The notes under the pieces: generated by a model | Told to the model about the DNA's origin: nothing | Seen by the model: the letters and a program-made list of their open reading frames with translations, nothing else | The model's database searches: none | NCBI GenBank assembly: GCA_038894495.1 | Contig: JAWAPI010000001.1 | Location: forward strand, 13,796-77,795 | Source of the DNA: Desulfurococcaceae archaeon | GTDB taxonomy: Archaea > Thermoproteota > Thermoprotei_A > Sulfolobales > Desulfurococcaceae | DNA length: 64,000 bases | Reading direction: 5' to 3' | Translations under genes and position numbers: made by a program | Shown here: piece after piece, positions 36,395 through 45,117 of the stretch | Position numbering within the stretch: position 1 is the stretch's first letter | How the letters are laid out: the number at the start of each line of letters is the position of its first letter

Positions 36395-38752
36395 ATGTCT
36401 TCTAGTTATAGATTTATTGGAAAAAGATCGCCAAGGAAAGACGCGGAGGCAAAGGTTTCTGGGAGTTTAAAGTACACGGATGACCTCGAAGTACCTGGTA
36501 TGCTTATAGGTAGAATAGTGAGAAGTCAATATGCCTTTGCAGACGTCAAGAGAATAGATACTAGTGAAGCGATTAAACTAGGAGCTATAGTTATAACTCC
36601 AGATGATATTCCACAAAAACCCTATAATCCAAGACTAGTTAGTATTGAAGAAGTTACATTCAAAGACACCTACGTATTAACAAGGAGACCTAGATATCTC
36701 GGTGAGCCGATAGCAGCCGTGGCGGCGCCTAGCGAGGAGCTTGCTCAGAGAGCTGCTGAATCCGTGAAGATCGTGTATGAGCGAGTATATAAACCTATCT
36801 TAGATCCAATAGAGGCAATGGATTCAAATAGTCCCCTCATCCACGAGAGAATTATGAAAGGAGATAAGTGGATCAATGTTGAGAACAATATCGCGGCGAG
36901 ATTAGACTATGAGGAGGGCAATGTTGAGAAAGGCTTCGACGAGGCTGACTTGATCATAGAGAGGAGTTTCAAAACAGGTAAGAGATATCATATGCAACTA
37001 GAGCCCAAAAGTGTTCTATGTGTACCGGAGCCTGGTGGAAAGTTCACGATATATACAACAACACAGTCAATTCACAATACTAGGATTCTAATTAGTCAAA
37101 TATTTAACATACCTGAGAGCAGGATAAATGTTGTAAAAGTACCGTTAGGAGGGTCTTTCGGCTCTAGTATTCAAACAAATTACTTGATCCCCATTGCAGT
37201 AGCATTGTGTCTAAGAGCAGGAAAACCTGTCAAGATAACATATACTCGTGAAGAAGATATATTAGATCACTCTAACTTTGTCTTTCACTTCAAGTTCAAG
37301 ATTGGAGTTAGAAAAGAAGGTGTTTTCACAGCCGCTGAGTTCGTAAATATACTCGATGTAGGAGCACACCAAGTTCAGCCATACCCGCTCCTAGGAACTA
37401 GTTTGGGATGGTTTGTCTCAATGTACAAGTGGAGAAATATAAGATACAAGGGATTAGCAGTCTACACCAATAAAGTCCCTGGCTGTGCTCTAAGAGGATA
37501 TGGTGCTCCAGAGGTTCAATGGGCTGTCGAGACGTTGATCGATGAAATAGCCGAGGAACTAGGCGTTGACCCCGTAAATCTCAGGCTTAGAAACTACGTT
37601 GGTAGAGGGGATATATTCTGGGGTCAGGGTCCTACAGTGAAGTCTATTATTAAATCTGATGGTGTTCCCGAGCTATTATCATTGGGAAAAGAATTGATAA
37701 AATGGGATACACGTGGTTATCCAAGTGAGAAAAAAGGACGCTTTAGACGTGGGATAGGTGTTGGTCGAGGTTTCCATACATCAGGCGCTGGTGGACCTAT
37801 AAGTGGAGAGGTAATAGATTTTACTGGATGTATACTGAAACTAAACGAAGATGGCTCATTGGATTATATTACAGCGTTACAGGATCACGGAGGAGGCACG
37901 CTAGATGCTCATGTGAAGATTATTGCCGAGGAGCTTGGTATTCCACCTGATCTAATAAATCTTGTATCTGCATCAACAGAGAACACTCTATACGATGTAT
38001 GTACGCATGCATCGAGAGGAACGTATGTTGGAGGCGAGTGTGCTAGACGAGCTGCACAGGTACTGAAGAATAAGATAATGGAGTTTGCAACTCGGTTAAT
38101 TGACAAAGTGGTGAATACTGAGGCACTTAAATTAGGTTATGACGAGGCGAGCGGAGAAGCTGTTATCTACGTTGAGGGAACTAGTATTAAGATTCCTCTA
38201 AGAGAGATCGCTAAAAATGCTTGGCAGAGAAATTGGGGTTCGATAGTAGCTGTTGTCTCATATAGAGCTACGTCGGCGCCTCCAAGTTTTACCGTGTACT
38301 ATGTTGAGGTAGAAGTTGATACATGGACTGGAAAGGTAAGACCAGTAAGGGTAGTAGCCGGTGTCGACGTCGGGACACCTATTAACCCAGATATGGTCGA
38401 AGGCCAGGTTCATGGTGGTTTTGCAATGGCATGGGGTATGGCGTTCACCGAGAATACACAGTATGATACATTGACAGGCGAGATCGCTAGTAGAGGATTA
38501 ATGACAGACTATAAAATACCAACCGCGTCAGATTTGCTATCACCAGAGGAGTTTTCAGTGATATTTGCTAATACATATGAACCAGCAGGCCCATTTGGTG
38601 CAAAGGGTATTGGAGAAGCAGCTATGAACCCAGCCGTGGGAGCTATATTAAACGCTGTATACAATGCAATTGGAGTTAGATTTTACGAGATACCAGTAAC
38701 ACCAGATAAGATAATAGAAGCTCTTAGAGAGAGAGGTGAAATAGAGTGGTAG
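36395..38752 (+). CDS. molybdenum hydroxylase large subunit, set 2
   Basis: IGKRSPRKDAEAKVSGSLKYTDD, GGSFGS, PGCALRGYGAPEVQWAVETLID, GPFGAKGIGEAA. Confidence 0.85.
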   Translation: MSSSYRFIGKRSPRKDAEAKVSGSLKYTDDLEVPGMLIGRIVRSQYAFADVKRIDTSEAIKLGAIVITPDDIPQKPYNPRLVSIEEVTFKDTYVLTRRPRYLGEPIAAVAAPSEELAQRAAESVKIVYERVYKPILDPIEAMDSNSPLIHERIMKGDKWINVENNIAARLDYEEGNVEKGFDEADLIIERSFKTGKRYHMQLEPKSVLCVPEPGGKFTIYTTTQSIHNTRILISQIFNIPESRINVVKVPLGGSFGSSIQTNYLIPIAVALCLRAGKPVKITYTREEDILDHSNFVFHFKFKIGVRKEGVFTAAEFVNILDVGAHQVQPYPLLGTSLGWFVSMYKWRNIRYKGLAVYTNKVPGCALRGYGAPEVQWAVETLIDEIAEELGVDPVNLRLRNYVGRGDIFWGQGPTVKSIIKSDGVPELLSLGKELIKWDTRGYPSEKKGRFRRGIGVGRGFHTSGAGGPISGEVIDFTGCILKLNEDGSLDYITALQDHGGGTLDAHVKIIAEELGIPPDLINLVSASTENTLYDVCTHASRGTYVGGECARRAAQVLKNKIMEFATRLIDKVVNTEALKLGYDEASGEAVIYVEGTSIKIPLREIAKNAWQRNWGSIVAVVSYRATSAPPSFTVYYVEVEVDTWTGKVRPVRVVAGVDVGTPINPDMVEGQVHGGFAMAWGMAFTENTQYDTLTGEIASRGLMTDYKIPTASDLLSPEEFSVIFANTYEPAGPFGAKGIGEAAMNPAVGAILNAVYNAIGVRFYEIPVTPDKIIEALRERGEIEW

Positions 38753-39663
38753 ATAGTGCTCCATATCCTGTAAACATCAATGTTAGAAATACCAGAATAA
38801 TACCAATAGTATTTGATTATTATGAACCAAAATCTATAGAAGAAACACTAGAACTGCTAAGTAAACATGGTGATAAAGCAAAAATACTCGCTGGTGGGAC
38901 AGACCTACTAGTTAAGATCAAAACTGGGCAGGTGGAGCCTAAAGTAATTATTAACATCAAAAAGATCAGAGAGCTCAGATACATTATCGAAGAGGATAAT
39001 TTAATTAGAATAGGTTCCTTGACCACTATAAGAGATCTCGAGAGATCAGAGGTTATTAAAAAACATCTACCAGCTTTACACGACTCTGTAAAGCAAATGG
39101 GTAGTATACAGATAAGGAATATGGCTACGATTGGTGGTAATATATGTAATGCATCGCCCGCTGCTGATACAGCTCCACCTTTACTGATATATAATGCTAA
39201 GGCTGTAGCTATGAGTATTAATGGAGTTCGAGTTATACCATTAGAAGAGTTTTTCACTGGTCCAGGCAAGACACTCCTTAGGCCTGATGAGATACTAACA
39301 GAGCTCATCGTTGAAAAACGTAAAGATGGCTCATCGTCATTTAAGAAAATAACAAGGGTTGCTGTAGACCTAGCAATTGCTAACACAGCTGTGTATTTGA
39401 GCGTAGAAAACAATATCATTAAGGATATCAAAATAGCACTTGGATCAGTAGCACCAAAACCCGTTAGAGCATGGGAAACAGAGAAATTACTGAAAGGACT
39501 ATTAATAAGTAGTAGTGATCTGAAGAATAAGCTTCAACATATCGACCAAGAGATATCTCCTATCTCTGATGCTAGATCAACAGCTAATTACAGGAGATAC
39601 ATCGTAAAGGTTCTTGTGTATGATGCTATTGAAACAGCATATAATAGGATTATAGAGGGATAA
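38746..39663 (+). CDS. molybdenum hydroxylase FAD-binding medium subunit, set 2
   Basis: ILAGGTDLLVKIK, TIGGNICNASPAADTAPPLL, DARSTANYRRYIV. Confidence 0.85.
   Translation: MVDSAPYPVNINVRNTRIIPIVFDYYEPKSIEETLELLSKHGDKAKILAGGTDLLVKIKTGQVEPKVIINIKKIRELRYIIEEDNLIRIGSLTTIRDLERSEVIKKHLPALHDSVKQMGSIQIRNMATIGGNICNASPAADTAPPLLIYNAKAVAMSINGVRVIPLEEFFTGPGKTLLRPDEILTELIVEKRKDGSSSFKKITRVAVDLAIANTAVYLSVENNIIKDIKIALGSVAPKPVRAWETEKLLKGLLISSSDLKNKLQHIDQEISPISDARSTANYRRYIVKVLVYDAIETAYNRIIEG
39133..39168. repeat. 36-nt patch identical between the two FAD-subunit paralogues (copy 2)
   Basis: Identical to 35391-35426. Confidence 0.9.
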
Positions 39664-39666
39664 GCC

Positions 39667-40143
39667 ATGGTTAGAGTCTCGTTTAGACTAAATGGAGAGC
39701 TAGTTGAACTGGATGTTAAGCCTTATGAACTATTGCTTAACACACTTAGAGAAAGGCTTAAAGTTAAAAGTGTAAAGTATGGATGTGGTATTGGCGAGTG
39801 TGGTAGTTGCACTGTCTTAGTTAATGGAGAGCCAATATTAGCGTGTCTAACTCTAACAGTTGACATAAATGGCAATGAGATCCAGACAGTAGAAGGCTTG
39901 AATAGATATAAGTTAACGGATGTTCAGAGAGCATTCATAGAGGAGGGGGCTATTCAATGTGGTTATTGCACTCCTGCTTTTATCTTGATATCTGAGTATC
40001 TTCTAAGAGAAAAACCAAAACCATCTATAGATGATATAAAGGAGTATTTAAAAGGAGTTTTATGTAGATGCACCGGCTACGTGAATATAATTAAAGCTAT
40101 TCTCAGGGCATCGAGGATGAGAACTATTGCAGCAAGAGATTAG
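39667..40143 (+). CDS. molybdenum hydroxylase [2Fe-2S] small subunit, set 2
   Basis: CGIGECGSCTVLVNG and QCGYCTPA..CRCTGY. Confidence 0.9.
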   Translation: MVRVSFRLNGELVELDVKPYELLLNTLRERLKVKSVKYGCGIGECGSCTVLVNGEPILACLTLTVDINGNEIQTVEGLNRYKLTDVQRAFIEEGAIQCGYCTPAFILISEYLLREKPKPSIDDIKEYLKGVLCRCTGYVNIIKAILRASRMRTIAARD

Positions 40144-40402
40144 AGTAAAGGTTTGCTATGCTGGTTTCCTATCAGAGATTACTGGAAAACACTGCGAGGA
40201 TCTGATATTACCAGAGGGGTCAACGCTAGAGGATTTGCTAGTTGTTCTTCTAAAGCAGAGCTTTAGATTAAAAGAATGGATTGATAGAATACCATTAATA
40301 CAAATACGTGTCAATGAAAAGGAGGTTTTAAATACTAGGAAGCATGTTCTAAGGGATAAAGATGAGATAACATTATCCCCGCCGCTTTATGAAGGTGGGT
40401 AA
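40127..40402 (+). CDS. moaD: MoaD/ThiS-family ubiquitin-like sulfur carrier (SAMP-like), ends -GG
   Basis: IRVKVCYAGFLSEITG..DKDEITLSPPLYEGG followed by stop, a beta-grasp MoaD pattern with a free diglycine. The start is uncertain (TTG 40127 overlaps the upstream gene). Confidence 0.7.
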   Translation: MQQEIRVKVCYAGFLSEITGKHCEDLILPEGSTLEDLLVVLLKQSFRLKEWIDRIPLIQIRVNEKEVLNTRKHVLRDKDEITLSPPLYEGG

Positions 40403-40460
40403 TAATAATAACGTGGTTATAATAAACATATACTTGGTTTTCGTCTTGTAAGGTAACTTA

Positions 40461-41330
40461 TTAGTCTTCCAAGGTTGTTTTCTCAAATACTTTAATTGCA
40501 AGTATCAACATTGGTATTGTAAATCCAAGTAGTATTATGAAATCTGTGGTTGGGTTCATGTATTCAAAACCTATGTTTGAACCTGTTAACCAATACCTAA
40601 CAGAGTGCACGGAGTATGTTAATGGATTAATTTTAGCCGTGATCTTCATCCAATAAGGCATTGTTACTACTGGGTAGAATACTCCACTCATAAATACCAT
40701 TGGCATTGTCAGCAAGTTTATAACCATCTGAAACCCCTCCATGCTACTGAACTTTAACGATAGTACTGTTCCTAGCGATGTGAAACCAACTGACATTATA
40801 AACACATATATTATTGCTACCGGGGTGTTGAGGAGGTTTATTTCACTCGTTAATAGCTGGCTCAGTGCAATGATGATCATAGATTGTAAAGTCGTTACGA
40901 CGCTATCACCAAGTATTCTACCTAGTATTATAGAACTACGTGGAGCTGGAGCTACAAGGGTCTCCTTTAAGAATCCAAATTGCTTATCCCATATAACACT
41001 TATACCCGAGATAAAGCTGCCTACAAATGCTGTCATTACTACTATACCTGATATCATGAACGCGATGTAATTGACTCCTCCGAATAACTGCTTAAAGTAG
41101 TTATCTATGATGTTTCTTATCGAATCAACAGCTCCAGGTGTATTTGGTGATCCTGGTGTAGATGGGAGATCTTGCACATTAAATATACTTCCCCATCCAA
41201 GACCTAGGAATATCATCCATATTAGTGGGTTAATTATAGTCATTAATACTCTAGATCTTGCACTCCACCATCTTTTAAGCTGTCTATATATCATAGCTGT
41301 GAATGCATCTAACCTATTCGTATGACCCAC
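40461..41330 (-). CDS. ABC-2 type exporter permease
   Basis: Six predicted TM segments, ABC-2 architecture, 22-nt overlap with the upstream ATPase gene. Confidence 0.8.
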   Translation of the reverse strand: MGHTNRLDAFTAMIYRQLKRWWSARSRVLMTIINPLIWMIFLGLGWGSIFNVQDLPSTPGSPNTPGAVDSIRNIIDNYFKQLFGGVNYIAFMISGIVVMTAFVGSFISGISVIWDKQFGFLKETLVAPAPRSSIILGRILGDSVVTTLQSMIIIALSQLLTSEINLLNTPVAIIYVFIMSVGFTSLGTVLSLKFSSMEGFQMVINLLTMPMVFMSGVFYPVVTMPYWMKITAKINPLTYSVHSVRYWLTGSNIGFEYMNPTTDFIILLGFTIPMLILAIKVFEKTTLED

Positions 41331-42316
41331 CCTCTAGGTCTTCTTGGTAATGAAGACTGGTTCTCAATGGTATCTCTTAGCTCTCGACCTGTTAAGTGGA
41401 GAAATACTTCATTTAGTGTTGGTCTTCTATAGCTTATTTCACTTATTTTAAGTCCATGGGATTCAGCAATGTTAAATACCTCGGGAAGCGCTTTGGTGGC
41501 GTTGTCAACAATTAACTCTACTCTTCTATCTTCAAGCTCCTTGCATTCCTCGGAGTTATTGTTGAAAAATGAGCAGGGATTTCTATTGTTATTTTGATCA
41601 TCTAATGTAATGTATATAATATCGTGGCCAAGCATGGATTTTAACTCATCAGCTGTCCCTAAGGCGAGTATTTTTCCTCTATCCATGATAGCTACTCTAT
41701 CAGCTAGTTCCTCGGCTTCATCCATGTAATGTGTCGTCATCAGTATTGTCATTTCGTTTTCTTTTTTTAATCGCTTTATGTAATCCCAGATCCTGGCTCT
41801 CGACTGGGGGTCTAGTCCCAGGGTTGGTTCATCGAGTATCAGTAATTCTGGCTCGTGTAGTAGACTACGAGCCATCTCTAATCTCCTGCGCATTCCACCG
41901 CTATAATGCATTACTTTCTTATACGCATGTTCTTTCAAATCTACGAGGTCAAGTAGATACATTATTTTCTCATGTAGCATTGATCCTTTTAATCCATAGA
42001 GCTTGCCATGAATATACATATTATCATACCCTGTTAACTGGTTATCTAAACTAGGATCTTGGAACACTATTCCTATTTTTTGCCTAACCTTTCCAGGTTC
42101 TTTGACAACATCAAATCCTGCTACGAGAACTGTTCCCGAGGTCGGCTTGAGTAGTGTAGATATTATATGTATAGTTGTTGTCTTACCAGCTCCGTTAGGA
42201 CCGAGAAGAGCAAATACCTCGTTTTTCTTGATCTCGAAATTAATTCCATTAACTGCTACAACGTCCCCAAAATTCTTTACTAGGTCTTTTATTACAACTA
42301 GCTTGTTCACTCTCAT
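41309..42316 (-). CDS. ABC transporter ATP-binding protein (ABC-2/DrrA-like)
   Basis: GPNGAGKTTT (Walker A), YSGGMRRRLEMA (signature), LILDEPTLGLD (Walker B). Confidence 0.9.
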   Translation of the reverse strand: MRVNKLVVIKDLVKNFGDVVAVNGINFEIKKNEVFALLGPNGAGKTTTIHIISTLLKPTSGTVLVAGFDVVKEPGKVRQKIGIVFQDPSLDNQLTGYDNMYIHGKLYGLKGSMLHEKIMYLLDLVDLKEHAYKKVMHYSGGMRRRLEMARSLLHEPELLILDEPTLGLDPQSRARIWDYIKRLKKENEMTILMTTHYMDEAEELADRVAIMDRGKILALGTADELKSMLGHDIIYITLDDQNNNRNPCSFFNNNSEECKELEDRRVELIVDNATKALPEVFNIAESHGLKISEISYRRPTLNEVFLHLTGRELRDTIENQSSLPRRPRGWVIRIG

Positions 42317-42768
42317 ACACCAATTGACTTTACTTCATCGAGGAACTTTTCAACGGCATTTTTGAGCCTCTCTAGGTCTTGGTTATCTAACTTATCAATG
42401 TTCATGTATAGATGTCTTATTTTAAGCAGTAACTCGTGTAGACGGGAATGCTTAATCCTAGAGGCTTTCTTATCAAATTCCATTAGTAAACTTCTATGTT
42501 CTTCAAGATATTTGAGACCTAGCGAGGTTATTTCATAGATTACCATTCTCTTACCATTAAAAAGCTCCTCGCGTGCAATCGCAAATTCTCTTTCAACTAA
42601 GGTCTTTAAAATAGGATATAGTAGTCCTGGGCTAAGTCTAATCCCAAGGTCGTCTTCGAGACTTTTTAGAATACCGTAACCATGTATAGGTTCTTTGCTA
42701 ATTAGATCTAGAACCTTTAATACAAGATATCTCCTAACTCCATTCCATTTTTTCATGCATTTTCGCAT
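42313..42768 (-). CDS. padR: PadR-family transcriptional regulator
   Basis: VLDLISKEPIHGYGILKSLEDDLGIRLSPGLLYPILKTLVEREF is the PadR wHTH. It is the first gene of the padR-ABC operon. An alternative Met lies at 42756. Confidence 0.85.
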   Translation of the reverse strand: MRKCMKKWNGVRRYLVLKVLDLISKEPIHGYGILKSLEDDLGIRLSPGLLYPILKTLVEREFAIAREELFNGKRMVIYEITSLGLKYLEEHRSLLMEFDKKASRIKHSRLHELLLKIRHLYMNIDKLDNQDLERLKNAVEKFLDEVKSIGV

Positions 42769-42802
42769 GATATATCACATGATATATCGTATGATATATC
42801 AG
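42767..42802. promoter_or_regulatory. Three tandem 12-bp repeats, each containing the palindrome GATATATC (candidate PadR operator/promoter)
   Basis: atGATATATCac atGATATATCgt atGATATATCag, abutting or overlapping the padR start codon. Confidence 0.5.
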
Positions 42803-42902
42803 TAAATAAACCTTTATAAATCTTAGCTCTCCTCGAAAAGTAGACATAGATGTTCCTAGTATCAACTATAACATTAAATCGCTGTTGAGGAAGAACTGAT
42901 CA

Positions 42903-45095
42903 ATGGAAAAATATAAATATAAATATAACGTTTATTCATTTAAGCAATGGGGTGAACGCGTGAAAGCCATTACATATAAATCCATAGCTTTAATCATAGT
43001 TTTAGTTGTTGCTATATCTGCATTAGCAGTATATTTATCAACTAGACCTGCGCCTACTCCAACCCCTACACCATCTCTTGAAAAATACTCATTGCATGAA
43101 TCAATACTCTACATTATCGCGAACGATGAAATAACACGTATACAGATGTTTAAGACTGGTGTAGCAGATATAGCAACTATAACACCAGCTAGATGGAAGG
43201 ATCTAAATGGGACAAAAGTCGGAGACTTCTATCTCGTTCTCGAGCCAGACCCCGCCAAGCCAAGACTTACAATTCAATATGTATTGTTTAACCCTATGCG
43301 AGAACCATTTAACATTCCAGAGGTGCGACAAGCATTATCATGGGCTGTTCCATATGATACAATATTAGAAAACATATTTGGAGGCTTGTATACAAGACTA
43401 TATACTATTGTTCCTAGGGGCATGTTTGGCTGGACAGATTATAACATTGTAAAATACGAGTTCAATAGATCAAAAGCCATGGAAATAATTGACTCCTTAC
43501 GAGAGAGAGGCTTCGACCCATCAAATTACGAGATAACAATAATATATAACCTTGGAAACACTGCAAGAGCTCAAATAGCAGCACTATTACAAAACGAATG
43601 GTCAAGGCTTGGCTTTAAGGTATATGTTGAGACCTATAACTGGCCTGAATACCTTGATAAAGTAGATCACTTTAACTACGACGTTGCATTACTAGGATGG
43701 ATCCCCGATTACCTAGATCCCGATAACTACCTAATGCCATTTGTATGGGGAGGAGCAGAGTTCGAGGAGCTAAAATACTGGGAGAATATTCCACCTCAAC
43801 AAGTGGGTAACTACATCTCTACGGTTGATAGAGTAATTGATACTCATTCATACATAGTAGTCATTGGTCCACAAGGTGAGGGAGCAACATACACTGGCCC
43901 AACAAATAAGCCTCTTCTTGTTATAAGCTATAAACTAGACGAGGAGGCTACAGCGCAGAACTGGGAAGACCCCGTTGCCTTTGTAACAATTGGAGCAGCT
44001 GGTTGGAAAGATATACCTATAAGTGCTCTATGTAAACTCTCTCAAAGAGTTCTAAATCCAAGTATTAGAGAAGCTATTATAAATGCAGCTGTCATAGAAT
44101 TTAACAATAAAGCATTAATGATCCTGCTTGGGCAAGCTGTTACAGGCAGAGAGTATGGTAGCTGGGTATTAAATATGTATTATCCTCTCACGAAAGCAGC
44201 TCGATATGATCTTGTATACGAGGATCCAAAAGCACCAGTTGTCGATACTGGAGTTATTGGTATAAAGAACGATCCAAAGACCATGGTCATCGCGACAATA
44301 GGATGGCCTGATACATTTGATCCCGCGAAGAGCTATGAGAGTTTTGGATGGGAGATATTTGATCAAATATACTCGAAGCCAATAACTTATAAATATGAGG
44401 ATAATGAACCCGAGCCAGAGCTCGCTGTTGCATGGGCTTTCAATAGAGATAACGATGTCTTATATCTAGTGATAAGAGGTAACGTGCTAGCATATGATCC
44501 ATGGAACAACAAGACATATCCAATTGACGCTACAGACGTATTATTTAGCATATGGAGAGCTGTTAGATTAAACCTACCAGGTGGTCCTCAATGGATGATT
44601 GATAGCTTCATAGATGTGAATTCGTCACAAGTCCTAACAGAAGACGAGTTTAAACAGATATTAGCTGGGGGTCTTTTCACTGCCTATCGCGGTCAAATGG
44701 TCGAAGTACGAAACCTAGGAGATCTACTAGGGTTCTTTGGCTACAATGGAACAACAGCGGGAGTTGTTAAGTTACAATTAAGATTCCCATATCCACCAGT
44801 ATTACATATTTTAACAACAGGTGTTGCTAGCGTTATTCCAATGGAGTACGCTCTTAGTGAAAACTATGAAGCTGCACTAAGAGAATCAAACTATGGTAAG
44901 AATCCCGGTGCGTGGGCTAAATATGTGATTGAAGGCGAGGATGATCCTTCATTTAGGAGATTAAAAGATTACCCTGTATCAACAGGACCATACTATGTAG
45001 TGAGCTATCAAGAAGATGTGTATATATTACTAAAGATAAACCCATACTATTGGAATAAATCAGTATGGGAAGAACTCTACGGGTATAAATCCTAG
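42903..45095 (+). CDS. ABC transporter substrate-binding protein, family 5 (Dpp/Opp type), apparently circularly permuted
   Basis: N-terminal TM anchor (IALIIVLVVAISALAVYL) and PT linker (PAPTPTPTPS). Family-5 motifs are present but in swapped order (see finding). An alternative GTG start at 42960 follows a TATA-rich tract (42908-42930). Confidence 0.85.
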   Translation: MEKYKYKYNVYSFKQWGERVKAITYKSIALIIVLVVAISALAVYLSTRPAPTPTPTPSLEKYSLHESILYIIANDEITRIQMFKTGVADIATITPARWKDLNGTKVGDFYLVLEPDPAKPRLTIQYVLFNPMREPFNIPEVRQALSWAVPYDTILENIFGGLYTRLYTIVPRGMFGWTDYNIVKYEFNRSKAMEIIDSLRERGFDPSNYEITIIYNLGNTARAQIAALLQNEWSRLGFKVYVETYNWPEYLDKVDHFNYDVALLGWIPDYLDPDNYLMPFVWGGAEFEELKYWENIPPQQVGNYISTVDRVIDTHSYIVVIGPQGEGATYTGPTNKPLLVISYKLDEEATAQNWEDPVAFVTIGAAGWKDIPISALCKLSQRVLNPSIREAIINAAVIEFNNKALMILLGQAVTGREYGSWVLNMYYPLTKAARYDLVYEDPKAPVVDTGVIGIKNDPKTMVIATIGWPDTFDPAKSYESFGWEIFDQIYSKPITYKYEDNEPEPELAVAWAFNRDNDVLYLVIRGNVLAYDPWNNKTYPIDATDVLFSIWRAVRLNLPGGPQWMIDSFIDVNSSQVLTEDEFKQILAGGLFTAYRGQMVEVRNLGDLLGFFGYNGTTAGVVKLQLRFPYPPVLHILTTGVASVIPMEYALSENYEAALRESNYGKNPGAWAKYVIEGEDDPSFRRLKDYPVSTGPYYVVSYQEDVYILLKINPYYWNKSVWEELYGYKS

Positions 45096-45117
45096 TTTTA
45101 AACTCTTATTCTTTTTA
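45096..45117 (+). terminator. oligo-T tract after the SBP gene (possible intra-operon terminator/attenuator)
   Basis: TAG is followed by TTTTAAACTCTTATTCTTTTT. A 260-bp gap precedes the permease genes. Confidence 0.35.

Noticed and set aside
38820-39431. 203-aa minus-strand ORF inside the second FAD-binding subunit gene.
   Set aside because: It is antisense to a CDS with clear family motifs (GGTDLL, GGNICNASPAAD), has Ser/Ile/Leu-rich composition, and has no independent support.
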